A DNA stretch of 64,000 nt from Vicinamibacterales bacterium (GTDB lineage: Bacteria > Acidobacteriota > Vicinamibacteria > Vicinamibacterales > UBA2999), in NCBI GenBank assembly GCA_030680175.1, contig JAUXWO010000123.1:68328-132327 (forward strand), read 5' to 3'. The notes beneath the pieces were generated by a model. That model was not told where the DNA came from, searched no databases, and saw only the letters and a list, made by a program, of their open reading frames with translations. Positions 55,739 through 64,000 of this stretch are shown piece by piece (position 1 is the first letter of the stretch; each line of letters opens with the position of its first letter). Made by a program: the position numbers and the translations under genes.

Positions 55739-57715
55739 ATGAAGACTGCCCGCCTCGCCGCCACCCTCTCCGCCCTGCTCCTGATGGCCGGGGCGCCCGA
55801 CGCGCAGCAGGGCCCGATCTTCCGATCGGGCGTGGATCTCGTCAGCGTCGACGTCTCGGTGCTCGGCCGTGACGGCGAGCCCATGACGGGCCTCGGGCCC
55901 GAGGATTTCGTCCTGAAGGTGGACGGGCGCGAGCGCCCCGTTCGCTCGGCGCAGTTCGTCAACCTCACGATGGAGCGGGCGGCGCAGGCCCAGGCGCCGG
56001 CGGCCGCGCACTTCAGCTCGAACGCGCAGATCGACAGCGGGCGCCTGATCCTGCTGGCCGTGGACCAGCGCCACATCCGGCGCGTGGACGGCGGGCAGGC
56101 GCTCAAGGCCGCCGGCAACTTCGTCGAGGCGCTCCATCCCGACGACCGCGTCGCCGTGACGAGCCTCACCTACGAAGGCGAGATCGAGTTCAACCGCAAC
56201 CACCGCGCGGCGCGCGTGGCGCTGGCGCGCTTCGCCGGACAGCAGGACCTGCTGGGCTCCATCCAGTACAAGATCGGGCTGTCGGAAGCGCTGGAGATCA
56301 CCGAGGGCAGCCGGCGCCGTCTCGAGGAAGTGGTGACGCGCGAGTGCGGCAGCCCGATCGACGAGGTGATGGGCACGGTGGGCCGCGCCGCCGAGGACGC
56401 GGGCCTCGGGTTCAACCCCGACGCGTGTCCGCAGCAGATCGAGCAGGAGGCGCGCGCCATCTCCGGGCACGCGCGGCTCGAAACCGCGATGTCGCTGCGC
56501 GCGCTCCTGTCACTCGTGCGCAACCTCGGGACGCTCGAAGGGCCGAAGACGCTCGTGCTGCTGTCCGAGGGGCTGGTGGCCGATGCGCGCCAGTTCGACC
56601 TGTCGGACCTGGCGGCCGCCGCGCAGGAATCCCGCGTCACGATCTACACGCTGAAGCTCGACACACCGCTCTTCGAAGCCGCCGAGGAGCGCGAGTCGCC
56701 CTCGCGCTTCCAGGATCTGCGCATGCGCACCGACGGCCTGGCGCGCGTGGCCGGCGCCGGTCGTGGCGCGATGTTTCAGCTCGTTGGCAGCGACCCGCGC
56801 CCCTTCCAGCGCATCAGCCGCGAGACGTCGGCGTACTACCTGCTGGCGTTCGAGCCGGACCCCAGAGAACGTGACGGCCGTCCGCACCGCATCAGCGTGG
56901 CGCTCGCCTCCGGCCGCGCGACGCTCCGTCATCGCCCCACGTTCCGGCTGGCCGTGGACCTGATGACCGTCGCGCCGTCGCCCGGCGACGTGCTCGCGCG
57001 CGTGCTGCAGACGCCGCGCATCGCCACGGACCTGCCGATGAGCGTGGCCACGCACATCTACAAGGAGCCCGGCTCGCCGCTCCTGCGCGTGGTGGTCAGC
57101 GCCGAGACCGACGACCCGTCGCGCAGCCCGAACGGCGCGCTGCTCGGCTTCTTCCTCAAGGACGACCAGAGCACCATCGCCGCCAGCGGCGTGCATCAGT
57201 CGGCGTCGGGACGCCACGCCTTCAGCACGTTCGTGCCGCCCGGCGAGTACACGCTCAAGGTGGCGGGCCTCGACGTGCTGCAGCGGGCCGGCAGCGTCGA
57301 ACGCACGTTCGTGGCGGCGCTGCCGCGCATCGAGGCGCTCGAGGTCAGCGATCTGATCCTCGCGCCCGTGCCCGCGCGCGACGACATCCCGGTGGAGCCG
57401 ATGGTCGACCGGGCGCCGCCGGACCGGCTGCTCGCGTACCTCGAGCTCTACGACGATGGCGCGAGCGCGCCGCCGGCCGAGACCACCGTCCAGATCACGA
57501 TCGCCCGCGGCGAGGACGACGATCCGCTCGTCAGCGCGCCGGCCATCATCCGCCGCACCGAGGCGGGCCTGTCGGTGGCCCGCGGGGTGCTCTCCCTGGC
57601 CGATCTCGCCCCGGGCCGCTACCTCGCCCGCGCCGACGTCCACGTCGCCGGCCGTCCCGTCACCCGCATCGTCCGCGCCTTCCGCGTCGACCCGGGCCGT
57701 CGCGCGAGCCGCTAG
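55739..57715 (+). CDS. VWA domain-containing protein (acidobacterial VWFA-related type)
   Basis: 658 aa with the signal peptide MKTARLAATLSALLLMAGAPDAQQ. The N-terminus FRSGVDLVSVDVSVLGRDGEPMTGLGPEDFVLKVDGRERPV is typical of the acidobacterial VWFA-related family. Confidence 0.8.
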   Translation: MKTARLAATLSALLLMAGAPDAQQGPIFRSGVDLVSVDVSVLGRDGEPMTGLGPEDFVLKVDGRERPVRSAQFVNLTMERAAQAQAPAAAHFSSNAQIDSGRLILLAVDQRHIRRVDGGQALKAAGNFVEALHPDDRVAVTSLTYEGEIEFNRNHRAARVALARFAGQQDLLGSIQYKIGLSEALEITEGSRRRLEEVVTRECGSPIDEVMGTVGRAAEDAGLGFNPDACPQQIEQEARAISGHARLETAMSLRALLSLVRNLGTLEGPKTLVLLSEGLVADARQFDLSDLAAAAQESRVTIYTLKLDTPLFEAAEERESPSRFQDLRMRTDGLARVAGAGRGAMFQLVGSDPRPFQRISRETSAYYLLAFEPDPRERDGRPHRISVALASGRATLRHRPTFRLAVDLMTVAPSPGDVLARVLQTPRIATDLPMSVATHIYKEPGSPLLRVVVSAETDDPSRSPNGALLGFFLKDDQSTIAASGVHQSASGRHAFSTFVPPGEYTLKVAGLDVLQRAGSVERTFVAALPRIEALEVSDLILAPVPARDDIPVEPMVDRAPPDRLLAYLELYDDGASAPPAETTVQITIARGEDDDPLVSAPAIIRRTEAGLSVARGVLSLADLAPGRYLARADVHVAGRPVTRIVRAFRVDPGRRASR

Positions 57716-57822
57716 TGGAGTGTTGTTGGCGATTTACTACCGGGCCGCCCGTTGGGCGGCCCGCGGAATCGCGGTTGAGCAGAGGCGCTGGTAGTACCAC
57801 TTCAGTCGATACACTCCACTAG
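57712..57822. other. 111-nt nested inverted-repeat element (candidate structured RNA or terminator complex)
   Basis: The outer stem is 12 bp: CTAGTGGAGTGT (57712-57723) with ACACTCCACTAG (57811-57822). The inner stem is 7 bp: TACTACC (57735-41) with GGTAGTA (57790-96). These enclose the 9-bp hairpin GGGCCGCCC-gtt-GGGCGGCCC (57742-62). The VWA stop codon TAG lies in the outer left arm. Confidence 0.6.
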
Positions 57823-57861
57823 TCCCCGATCCGGCGTGCCGGGGTAAGATCCACGGCACCC

Positions 57862-59862
57862 ATGGCGGTGTCCCTTTCCGATGTGCCCCTGTTTGCCGGA
57901 CTGGCCCCGGCCGACTGCGCCGAGATTGCCTCATCGATGGTCCGGCGCGAGTTCCCCCCGCAGTCCGTCATCGTCCGCGAGGGCGGGCCCGGCGACGCGG
58001 CGTTCCTCCTCCTGTCGGGCCTTGTCGCGGTGCGGCGGCGCGATCGCGACTCGAACGTCGAGTTCCAGTTGACGGAGCTCGGTCCGGGCCAGATGTTCGG
58101 CGAGATGGCGCTGCTGACGGGCAAGACGCGCACGGCGTCGGTCGTGGCCGTCGAGCCCACGGTGTGCGCGGTGCTCGCGCGCGAGGACTTCGACCGCGTG
58201 CTGCGCACGCATCCCGCCGTGGCCGCGGCGTTCACGCTGGTGCTCGCCGATCGCCTCGATCGCGCCAATGCGCAGGCCGGGATCGACTTCGTCAACCTGT
58301 CGCGCGTGAAGGTCGACCCGCTCGTCCTGACCCTGCTGCCGCCGACGCTGGTCCACGAGCACAAGGTGCTGCCCATCGCCTTCTGCAACAACCGGCTCAC
58401 CCTCGCCATGACCAACCCCAACAACGTCGTCGCCTTCGATGACGTACGGCGGATCCTGAAGGGGGTGATGATCGAGCCGGCCGTGGTCACCGAGGAGGAC
58501 TTCAAGCGCTTCGTCGCGCAGCACTATACGCCGGCGGCTGCGCGGTCCGAGGCGCCTGGCGCGCGCACCGCGACGAAGCCCGGCCCGCCGGCGCCCGCGG
58601 CGACCGTCGACCTGCTGCAGTCGGATCTGATCCGCGAGCTGCAGCTCACGACCGACGTGGCCGAGGCCAGCGCCGAGACCAAGCAGGACCTGATGAGCGC
58701 GTCCGAGGACGCGCCGATCATCCGGCTGGCCAACTCGATCCTCGGCCTCGCCATCACGCAGGGGGCCAGCGACATCCACATCGAGCCGATGGAGGGCGAC
58801 GTCACGGTGCGCTATCGCGTGGACGGCGTGCTGCAGGTGGTGCAGCGGCTCCCGAAGCGCGTGCAGCTCGGGCTGATCTCGCGCGTCAAGATCCTGAGCC
58901 GGCTCGATATCGCCGAGAAGCGGATGCCGCAGGACGGGCGCATCAGCGTGACGATGGAGGGGAAGCCGATTGATTTCCGCGTGAGCACCGTGCCCGGCAA
59001 GTGGGGCGAGAAGGTGTGCATGCGCATCCTCGACAAGACGAACACGCACCTCGGCCTCGATCAGCTCATCCTGCACCCGCCGAGCCTGGCGCTCGTGCGC
59101 GAGATGATCGCGCAGCCGCACGGCATCATCTACGTGACGGGCCCGACCGGGTCCGGCAAGACCACGACGCTCTACTCGGCGCTGGCCGAGATCAACGACC
59201 CGGGGATCAACATCTCGACCGCCGAGGATCCCATCGAGTACGACCTGGCCGGCGTCACGCAGATCCAGGCCAACGCGTCGATCGGGCTGACGTTCGCGTC
59301 GATCCTGCGCGCCTTCCTGCGCCAGGACCCCGACGTGATGCTCGTCGGCGAGACGCGCGACAAGGAAACGGCGCAGACGGCCGTCGAGGCCGCGCTCACC
59401 GGCCACCTGGTGTTCACCACGCTGCACACCAACAGCGCGGCGGCGGCCTTCACGCGCCTCCACGAGATGGGCGTCGAGCCGTTCCTCATCACCTCCTCCA
59501 CGGTCGGCGTCATCGCGCAGCGGCTCGCACGGCGCCTGTGCGCCGAGTGCCGCGAGGCGTACGAGGCCGACGCGTCCACCTGCGGCTACTTCGGGCTGGC
59601 GCCGGGGACGACGATCTACCGGGCGAAAGGGTGCCCGGCCTGCGGCGGCAAGGGGCTGAAGGGGCGCGTCGGCATCTACGAGGTGCTGCGCATGACGCCG
59701 ACGCTGCGCGCGATGATCACCAAGGGCGCGCCCGCCGAAGCGCTGCACGCCGCGGCGCTCGAGGCGGGGATGGTCGACCTGAAGCGCTACGCGGCGCTGC
59801 TGCTCGTCGAGGGCCAGACGACGGTCGAGGAAGTGACGAGCGTCGTCAGCATCGCGGAGTGA
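57862..59862 (+). CDS. cNMP-binding domain fused to a GspE/PilB-type secretion ATPase
   Basis: The N-terminal CAP_ED-like domain reads VPLFAGLAPADCAEIA..GEMALLTGKTRTASVVA. A T2SSE_N-like region follows (LVHEHKVLPIAF..LTLAMTNP). The ATPase core has Walker A GPTGSGKTTT, DPDVMLVGETRD, the His box GHLVFTTLHTN and a tetra-Cys motif (CAEC..CPACGG). Confidence 0.88.
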   Translation: MAVSLSDVPLFAGLAPADCAEIASSMVRREFPPQSVIVREGGPGDAAFLLLSGLVAVRRRDRDSNVEFQLTELGPGQMFGEMALLTGKTRTASVVAVEPTVCAVLAREDFDRVLRTHPAVAAAFTLVLADRLDRANAQAGIDFVNLSRVKVDPLVLTLLPPTLVHEHKVLPIAFCNNRLTLAMTNPNNVVAFDDVRRILKGVMIEPAVVTEEDFKRFVAQHYTPAAARSEAPGARTATKPGPPAPAATVDLLQSDLIRELQLTTDVAEASAETKQDLMSASEDAPIIRLANSILGLAITQGASDIHIEPMEGDVTVRYRVDGVLQVVQRLPKRVQLGLISRVKILSRLDIAEKRMPQDGRISVTMEGKPIDFRVSTVPGKWGEKVCMRILDKTNTHLGLDQLILHPPSLALVREMIAQPHGIIYVTGPTGSGKTTTLYSALAEINDPGINISTAEDPIEYDLAGVTQIQANASIGLTFASILRAFLRQDPDVMLVGETRDKETAQTAVEAALTGHLVFTTLHTNSAAAAFTRLHEMGVEPFLITSSTVGVIAQRLARRLCAECREAYEADASTCGYFGLAPGTTIYRAKGCPACGGKGLKGRVGIYEVLRMTPTLRAMITKGAPAEALHAAALEAGMVDLKRYAALLLVEGQTTVEEVTSVVSIAE

Positions 59863-59894
59863 AGTGCCGGGGGGCTCGAGTGCCGGGGGGCTCG
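59863..59894. repeat. perfect 16-nt tandem duplication
   Basis: AGTGCCGGGGGGCTCG occurs twice (59863-78 and 59879-94), followed by a partial third copy (GGTGCTGG). It lies between convergent genes. Confidence 0.8.
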
Positions 59895-59905
59895 GGTGCT
59901 GGATC

Positions 59906-61120
59906 TCAGAGCGACAAGAGACCGCGGAGGACGTCGGCCAGCGAGGCGCCCGTCCGCCATTCGTAGAGGGCGAGCGGGAGCGGGCGCAGCCAGCGGATCT
60001 GCTCGTTCATCTGCTCGAGCTGCGGCAGGGCAACCATGGCGAGCGTCAGCGCCGGCAGCGCGCGGGCCAGCGCCGGCGGGTGGTGGTCGTGCAGGACGCG
60101 CGCGGCGAGCAGCACCAGCGGAAAGAGCGTCGCCAGCCCCCGCCAGAAGTCGAAGACCTGCCCGCACGCCGCAATCGCGACCAGCGTGACGCTGGCCACC
60201 GCCAGCCAGTACGGCCGTGCCGTCCGCTCGGTGGCCGCGACCACACCCGCCCACGCCACGAGCACCCAGTACGCCTTGAAGGCCAGAGCGAGGCCCGCGA
60301 GGTGGAACGGGGAGAGGCTGTCGAAGCCGGGCCCGCGTGGCAGCAGCCCCTCCGGCACCGGCGCCCCGCCGAGCAGGCCCGTGGCGATGATCCACCGGAG
60401 GACGAGCGCGGCCGCGAGGCCGGCGGCGACGGCCGCGGCGATGGGCCGGGCGGCGCTGATCAGCGCCGGGACGTCGTGGCGCTCGTCGTACAGGGCCAGG
60501 GCCAGCGCGAAGGGCAGCGCCACCAGGCCGCGTTCGTCGTTGAACATCACCAGGCAGGCACCGACGCCCCACCAGGCGGCCGGCGGGCGGAGGGCCAGCG
60601 CCATCACGATCAACCAGCCCACCGCATCGGGGTAGCCCACATAGATATGTGAGCCCTGGATCAGCGGCGTGCACGCGAGACCGATGGTCTTCAGCCAGGC
60701 CGTGCGGTGCGTCGTGTACGTCGCGAGGTACACCCACACCAGGGCGAGCGTCAGCAGACCCGCGAACCAGATCGCCGCGACGGCGGTCCACGCCGGCAGC
60801 CCCGTCAGATGGATCGCGCCGGGCACCAGGATGCGGTAGGCCATGAAGTCGCCGTCCCACACGCCGCCGGCGCGCACGAACGGATCGGCGACCTGGCGCG
60901 CCACGAGATCGTAGCGCTGCGGATAGGTGACCGGGTCCGCGAGGATGCGGAGGTTCGGCGCGGCGACCGCGAGGCCGATCGCCCACGCGATGGCGCCGGC
61001 CGCGAGGGCGCGTTGCACGGAAACACGCGGCGTCATCGCGTCGCGGCCCGCCGGCGTCGAGGGAGACGTGCGAAGAAGAGAAAAGACATCACATGACACT
61101 CGGCGATGCACCGCGCGCAC
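59906..61120 (-). CDS. polytopic membrane protein of unknown function
   Basis: 404-aa ORF with many hydrophobic helices. The likely start is the internal ATG at 61036 (MTPRVSVQRALAAGAIAWAIGL..). I recognise no family. Confidence 0.55.
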   Translation of the reverse strand: MRAVHRRVSCDVFSLLRTSPSTPAGRDAMTPRVSVQRALAAGAIAWAIGLAVAAPNLRILADPVTYPQRYDLVARQVADPFVRAGGVWDGDFMAYRILVPGAIHLTGLPAWTAVAAIWFAGLLTLALVWVYLATYTTHRTAWLKTIGLACTPLIQGSHIYVGYPDAVGWLIVMALALRPPAAWWGVGACLVMFNDERGLVALPFALALALYDERHDVPALISAARPIAAAVAAGLAAALVLRWIIATGLLGGAPVPEGLLPRGPGFDSLSPFHLAGLALAFKAYWVLVAWAGVVAATERTARPYWLAVASVTLVAIAACGQVFDFWRGLATLFPLVLLAARVLHDHHPPALARALPALTLAMVALPQLEQMNEQIRWLRPLPLALYEWRTGASLADVLRGLLSL

Positions 61121-61206
61121 ATCGCAGGAAATCCCCTGGTTCCCTCGCAGATACGATCACGTCACGCCGTCGAGACCCGTGCGTTCATCCGACGACATCG
61201 CGGCGC

Positions 61207-61223
61207 GTGATGCGTTGCATCAC
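61207..61223. promoter_or_regulatory. 7-3-7 palindrome upstream of the TonB receptor gene (candidate operator)
   Basis: GTGATGCgttGCATCAC is a perfect palindrome about 185 nt upstream of the ATG at 61409. Confidence 0.25.
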
Positions 61224-61408
61224 AACTCTGTATCGGGAGCATGTCACAACTCGGCTAATCTCCCCGCCTATGGGCGCCGGTTGGGCGCCCACACGGTTCC
61301 CGGGCAGGCTGCGGCCGGCCCGGGTGTGTCAAACCGAACGCAGCGCACTTGCCGCACCCCAACGCATCGCCCTGGGCAGGTGACGGGAACGTTCATGGAG
61401 GATCGCCG

Positions 61409-64000
61409 ATGACGTGGACATCCACGCGAAGGTACATCACACGCTGTACGCTGCTTGCGCTGCTCGTGGCGCTGGCCGCGCCGGCTGCGGCACAAACGCT
61501 GACCGGCGGCATCACCGGCCGCGCCACCGACGAGAGCGGCGGCGCGCTGCCGGGCGTGGACGTCTCGATCGCGAGCCCGAACATGATCGGCGGCGCGCGC
61601 AGCGCCGTCACCGACGAACAGGGCACCTATCGCTTCACGCTGCTGCCCGGCGGCACCTACCGGGTCACCTTCACGCTGCCGGGCTTCACCACGCTCAACA
61701 TCGAAGGCGTCACCGTGAGCGTCGGCGCGACCATGACCATCAACGGACGGCTCACCGTGGCCACGCTCGAAGAGACCGTCACGGTCACGAGCCAGGCGCC
61801 CACCATCGACCTGCAGTCCGCGAACGTGAACGTGAACTGGGATCAGCAGAAGATGGACGACATCCCGTACGCGCGCAGCCTCACCGGCATGGTGGCGCTC
61901 GTGCCCGGGCTCTACGCGACGAGCTACGACGTCGGCGGCAGCAACTTCGGCACCGGCTCCGGCCCCGCCGCGCGCAACTTCGGCCGCGCCGGCGGCAACG
62001 TCGTCAGCTACGACGGCATGATCTGGGACCAGACCTACGGCGACTTCGGGTCGTACGAGGAAGCGCAGGTCCTGACCGCCGCGAAGGGCGCCGACGCGCT
62101 CAATCCCGGTGTCACGATGAACCTGGTCGTGAAGTCGGGCAGCAACACCTTCCGCGGCGTCGGATCGGCCAACCTGCAGGACGGCAAGTTCCAGAGCGAG
62201 AACATCACGCCGGAGCTGCTGGCCAAGGGCTACGCCCCGGGCGTGAACAAGTTCACGCAGTTCAAGGACTTCTACGGCGAGATCGGCGGGCCGGTCCTGC
62301 GCGACAGGCTCTGGTTCTACGCCAGCCACCGCGACGCCTCGTCCGGCATGTTCATCCCCGGCTTCATCAGCCTGGCGACGGGTGAGCAGGCCGAGTTCTA
62401 CACGAAGCTGCAGGATCCGACGCTGAAGGTGACCTATCAGGTGTCGGCCAACAACAAGTTCGAGGCGATGGGCCAGGTCGGACGCAAGTGGCAGCCGTAC
62501 CGCACGGCGAGCCGGTTCGTGCCCCTCGAGGCGACGCAGAACCAGGACTCGTGGTCGCTCATCGGCCCGTCCTTCAAGTGGCTGTCGGTGCTGAGCCCGA
62601 GCATGACGTTCGATGCCGGCCTGCAGCGCGGCGGCTACTGGTGGCCCGATGTGCCGTGGACGAGCGACGTGCGCCGCACGGACCTGACGACCACCACGAC
62701 GCACGGGGCGTTCCTCGAGGTGAAGCGCGTGCCGCGCCGCTGGCAGTACAACGGCACGTTCACCTACTTCGCCAACCTTGGCGGCCGGAGCCACGAGATC
62801 AAGTCGGGCTACCTCGGCTGGTACAACATGCCGACCGACACGGAGCAGATCGGGTACCCGAACCAGCAGCAGTACCGCTACCGCAGCCTCGCGGGTGACG
62901 CGGACCCGTTCATGCGTCCCGACTCCGTGCTGGTCTACGACTACCCGAATACGGTGAAGGCGGGCGAGAAGTACCACTCGTTCTACATCAACGACAAGAT
63001 CGCGGTGACCCCGCAGTTCACGTTGAACGTGGGCCTGCGCTTCGACCGCTACTCGAGCTTCCTGCCCGAGCAGGGCAACCCCGGCACGGGGCCGTTCGCG
63101 ACCGAGGCGATCTTCGCCTTCCGCGACGACTTCCCGGTCTACTCGACCCTCGTGCCGCGCGTGTCGGCCGTCTACGACATCACGGGTGAGGGCCGGATCG
63201 CGGTTCGCGCCAGCTACGGCCGCTACACCGGCGGCGGATCGGGCGCCAGCGCGAACCCCGCGCCGGGCGCGAGCAACGTCAACCCGAACGCCACCATCAC
63301 GCGCACGTACTCGAACTGGGATGGCAGCATCCCGTACGTGCCGGTGGCCGCCAATCTCGCGTCGGTCACCGGTGGCGGCACCAACCGCCGCATCGACAGC
63401 GACCTGAAGGGGCCGTACATGGACGAGTGGACGGTGGGCCTCGATGTCGGCCTGAGCCGCACCGTCACGCTGCAGTTCAACGCGGTGCGCAAGTTCGACG
63501 CCCGGGGCAACAAGACCTGGAACGCCGCCCTGCCGTTCAGCGCCTACACCGACGTCCGCAACAACGTCGACCCCGGCCCGGACAACATCGTCGGGACCGC
63601 CGACGATGGCGTGATCCCGGTCTACTCGGTGCCGCGCTCGTTTCCGACCTTCGGCCAGGTGATCGAGGAGATCAAGCAGCACGAGGACGGCGAGGGCCGC
63701 AACCGCTACACCTCCTTCGGCGTGACGATGAACAAGCAGCTCTCCAGTGGCTGGTCGCTGCTCGTCGCCTACAACGCCGACTACCGCAACCTGGCGACGG
63801 ACCTGCCGCGGAACCCGAACGAGGTGCTCTACGGCGCGGGCACGGTGGCGGGCCAGAACTACATGTACAACGAGCCCGAGTGGAACCACGCGCTCAAGGT
63901 CAGCGGCACCTACGCGCTGCCCTGGGGCATCCAGTACGGCAGCGCGCTCACCGTGCAGAGCGGCGGGTATTACTACCGCGAGGTGCAGGCGCGCAACGCG
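61409..64000 (+). CDS. CarboxypepD_reg-like TonB-dependent receptor (3' end beyond window edge)
   Basis: GGAGGA precedes the ATG at 61409. My own translation gives MTWTSTRRYITRCTLLALLVALAAPAAAQTLTGGITGRATDESGGALPGVDVSIASPNMIGGARSAVTDEQGTYRFTLLPGGTYRVTFTLPGFTT... The frame stays open to 64000 (..NHALKVSGTYALPWGIQYGSALTVQSGGYYYREVQARNA). It is not in the ORF track because it is edge-truncated. Track ORF 61268..63889(-) is its antisense shadow. Confidence 0.88.
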   Translation, partial: MTWTSTRRYITRCTLLALLVALAAPAAAQTLTGGITGRATDESGGALPGVDVSIASPNMIGGARSAVTDEQGTYRFTLLPGGTYRVTFTLPGFTTLNIEGVTVSVGATMTINGRLTVATLEETVTVTSQAPTIDLQSANVNVNWDQQKMDDIPYARSLTGMVALVPGLYATSYDVGGSNFGTGSGPAARNFGRAGGNVVSYDGMIWDQTYGDFGSYEEAQVLTAAKGADALNPGVTMNLVVKSGSNTFRGVGSANLQDGKFQSENITPELLAKGYAPGVNKFTQFKDFYGEIGGPVLRDRLWFYASHRDASSGMFIPGFISLATGEQAEFYTKLQDPTLKVTYQVSANNKFEAMGQVGRKWQPYRTASRFVPLEATQNQDSWSLIGPSFKWLSVLSPSMTFDAGLQRGGYWWPDVPWTSDVRRTDLTTTTTHGAFLEVKRVPRRWQYNGTFTYFANLGGRSHEIKSGYLGWYNMPTDTEQIGYPNQQQYRYRSLAGDADPFMRPDSVLVYDYPNTVKAGEKYHSFYINDKIAVTPQFTLNVGLRFDRYSSFLPEQGNPGTGPFATEAIFAFRDDFPVYSTLVPRVSAVYDITGEGRIAVRASYGRYTGGGSGASANPAPGASNVNPNATITRTYSNWDGSIPYVPVAANLASVTGGGTNRRIDSDLKGPYMDEWTVGLDVGLSRTVTLQFNAVRKFDARGNKTWNAALPFSAYTDVRNNVDPGPDNIVGTADDGVIPVYSVPRSFPTFGQVIEEIKQHEDGEGRNRYTSFGVTMNKQLSSGWSLLVAYNADYRNLATDLPRNPNEVLYGAGTVAGQNYMYNEPEWNHALKVSGTYALPWGIQYGSALTVQSGGYYYREVQARNA

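Noticed and set aside
61268-63889. 873-aa ORF on the minus strand, plus similar long ORFs at 45..1067(+), 1128..2276(+), 16033..17646(-), 25836..27365(-), 29892..32351(+), 37764..39530(+), 40047..42356(+), 57931..59748(-), 33310..34971(+) and 35789..36913(-)
   Set aside because: These are antisense shadows typical of high-GC DNA. Their products are Arg/Ala/Gly/Pro/His-rich with no motifs. Each fully overlaps an opposite-strand gene that has strong family signatures.
1-64000. Scan for rRNA, tRNA, tmRNA, CRISPR-cas, transposases, integrases, reverse transcriptases and phage structural genes
   Set aside because: None was recognised by eye on either strand. The accessory stretch at 43-55.7 kb has no identifiable mobility gene. 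This manual scan could miss short or degenerate elements.

Overview
High-GC bacterial chromosome segment, about two-thirds to 70% G+C judged by eye. The gene content points to Acidobacteriota: two ADOP/MacB-type duplicated permeases (one with PadR), an acidobacterial-type VWA protein, TonB-dependent receptors with CarboxypepD_reg-like N-termini, and PD40/PQQ beta-propellers. I support about 50 protein genes. I recognised no rRNA, tRNA, CRISPR array, transposase, integrase or phage gene. Both window edges cut TonB-dependent receptor genes; these are missing from the ORF track because they are edge-truncated. Main content, left to right: (1) a minus-strand putative metal-acquisition operon (CusF-like lipoprotein, ABC ATPase, two DUF3526-type permeases, a small His/Cys protein, and a TonB receptor with a poly-Asp/His loop); (2) nrdAB, whose beta subunit has class Ic signatures and which sits behind a cobalamin riboswitch; (3) a LytS/LytTR pair, transporters and peptidases; (4) sbtA-sbtB and a fused E1 alpha/beta dehydrogenase; (5) a visibly lower-GC accessory stretch at about 43.0-55.7 kb; (6) an orphan GspE/PilB-type ATPase fused to a cNMP-binding domain. 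The accessory stretch carries two uncharacterised modules. One is LuxR, a small Cys-containing secreted protein, a 782-aa predicted outer-membrane protein and a REC-GAF-GGDEF protein. The other is a TPR-anchor protein, a TPR-CHAT protease and an unknown 258-aa protein. It also holds a metzincin, a decayed trypsin-like gene and a duplicated luxR 5' fragment. Non-coding structure is unusually rich. It includes a 130-nt near-perfect palindromic element with a solo half-copy 12.7 kb away, inverted 9-10-nt tandem arrays bracketing a methyltransferase gene, further nonamer and heptamer arrays next to stop codons, and a nested-hairpin element upstream of the ATPase gene. All functional calls come from motif recognition by eye; no database search was possible.
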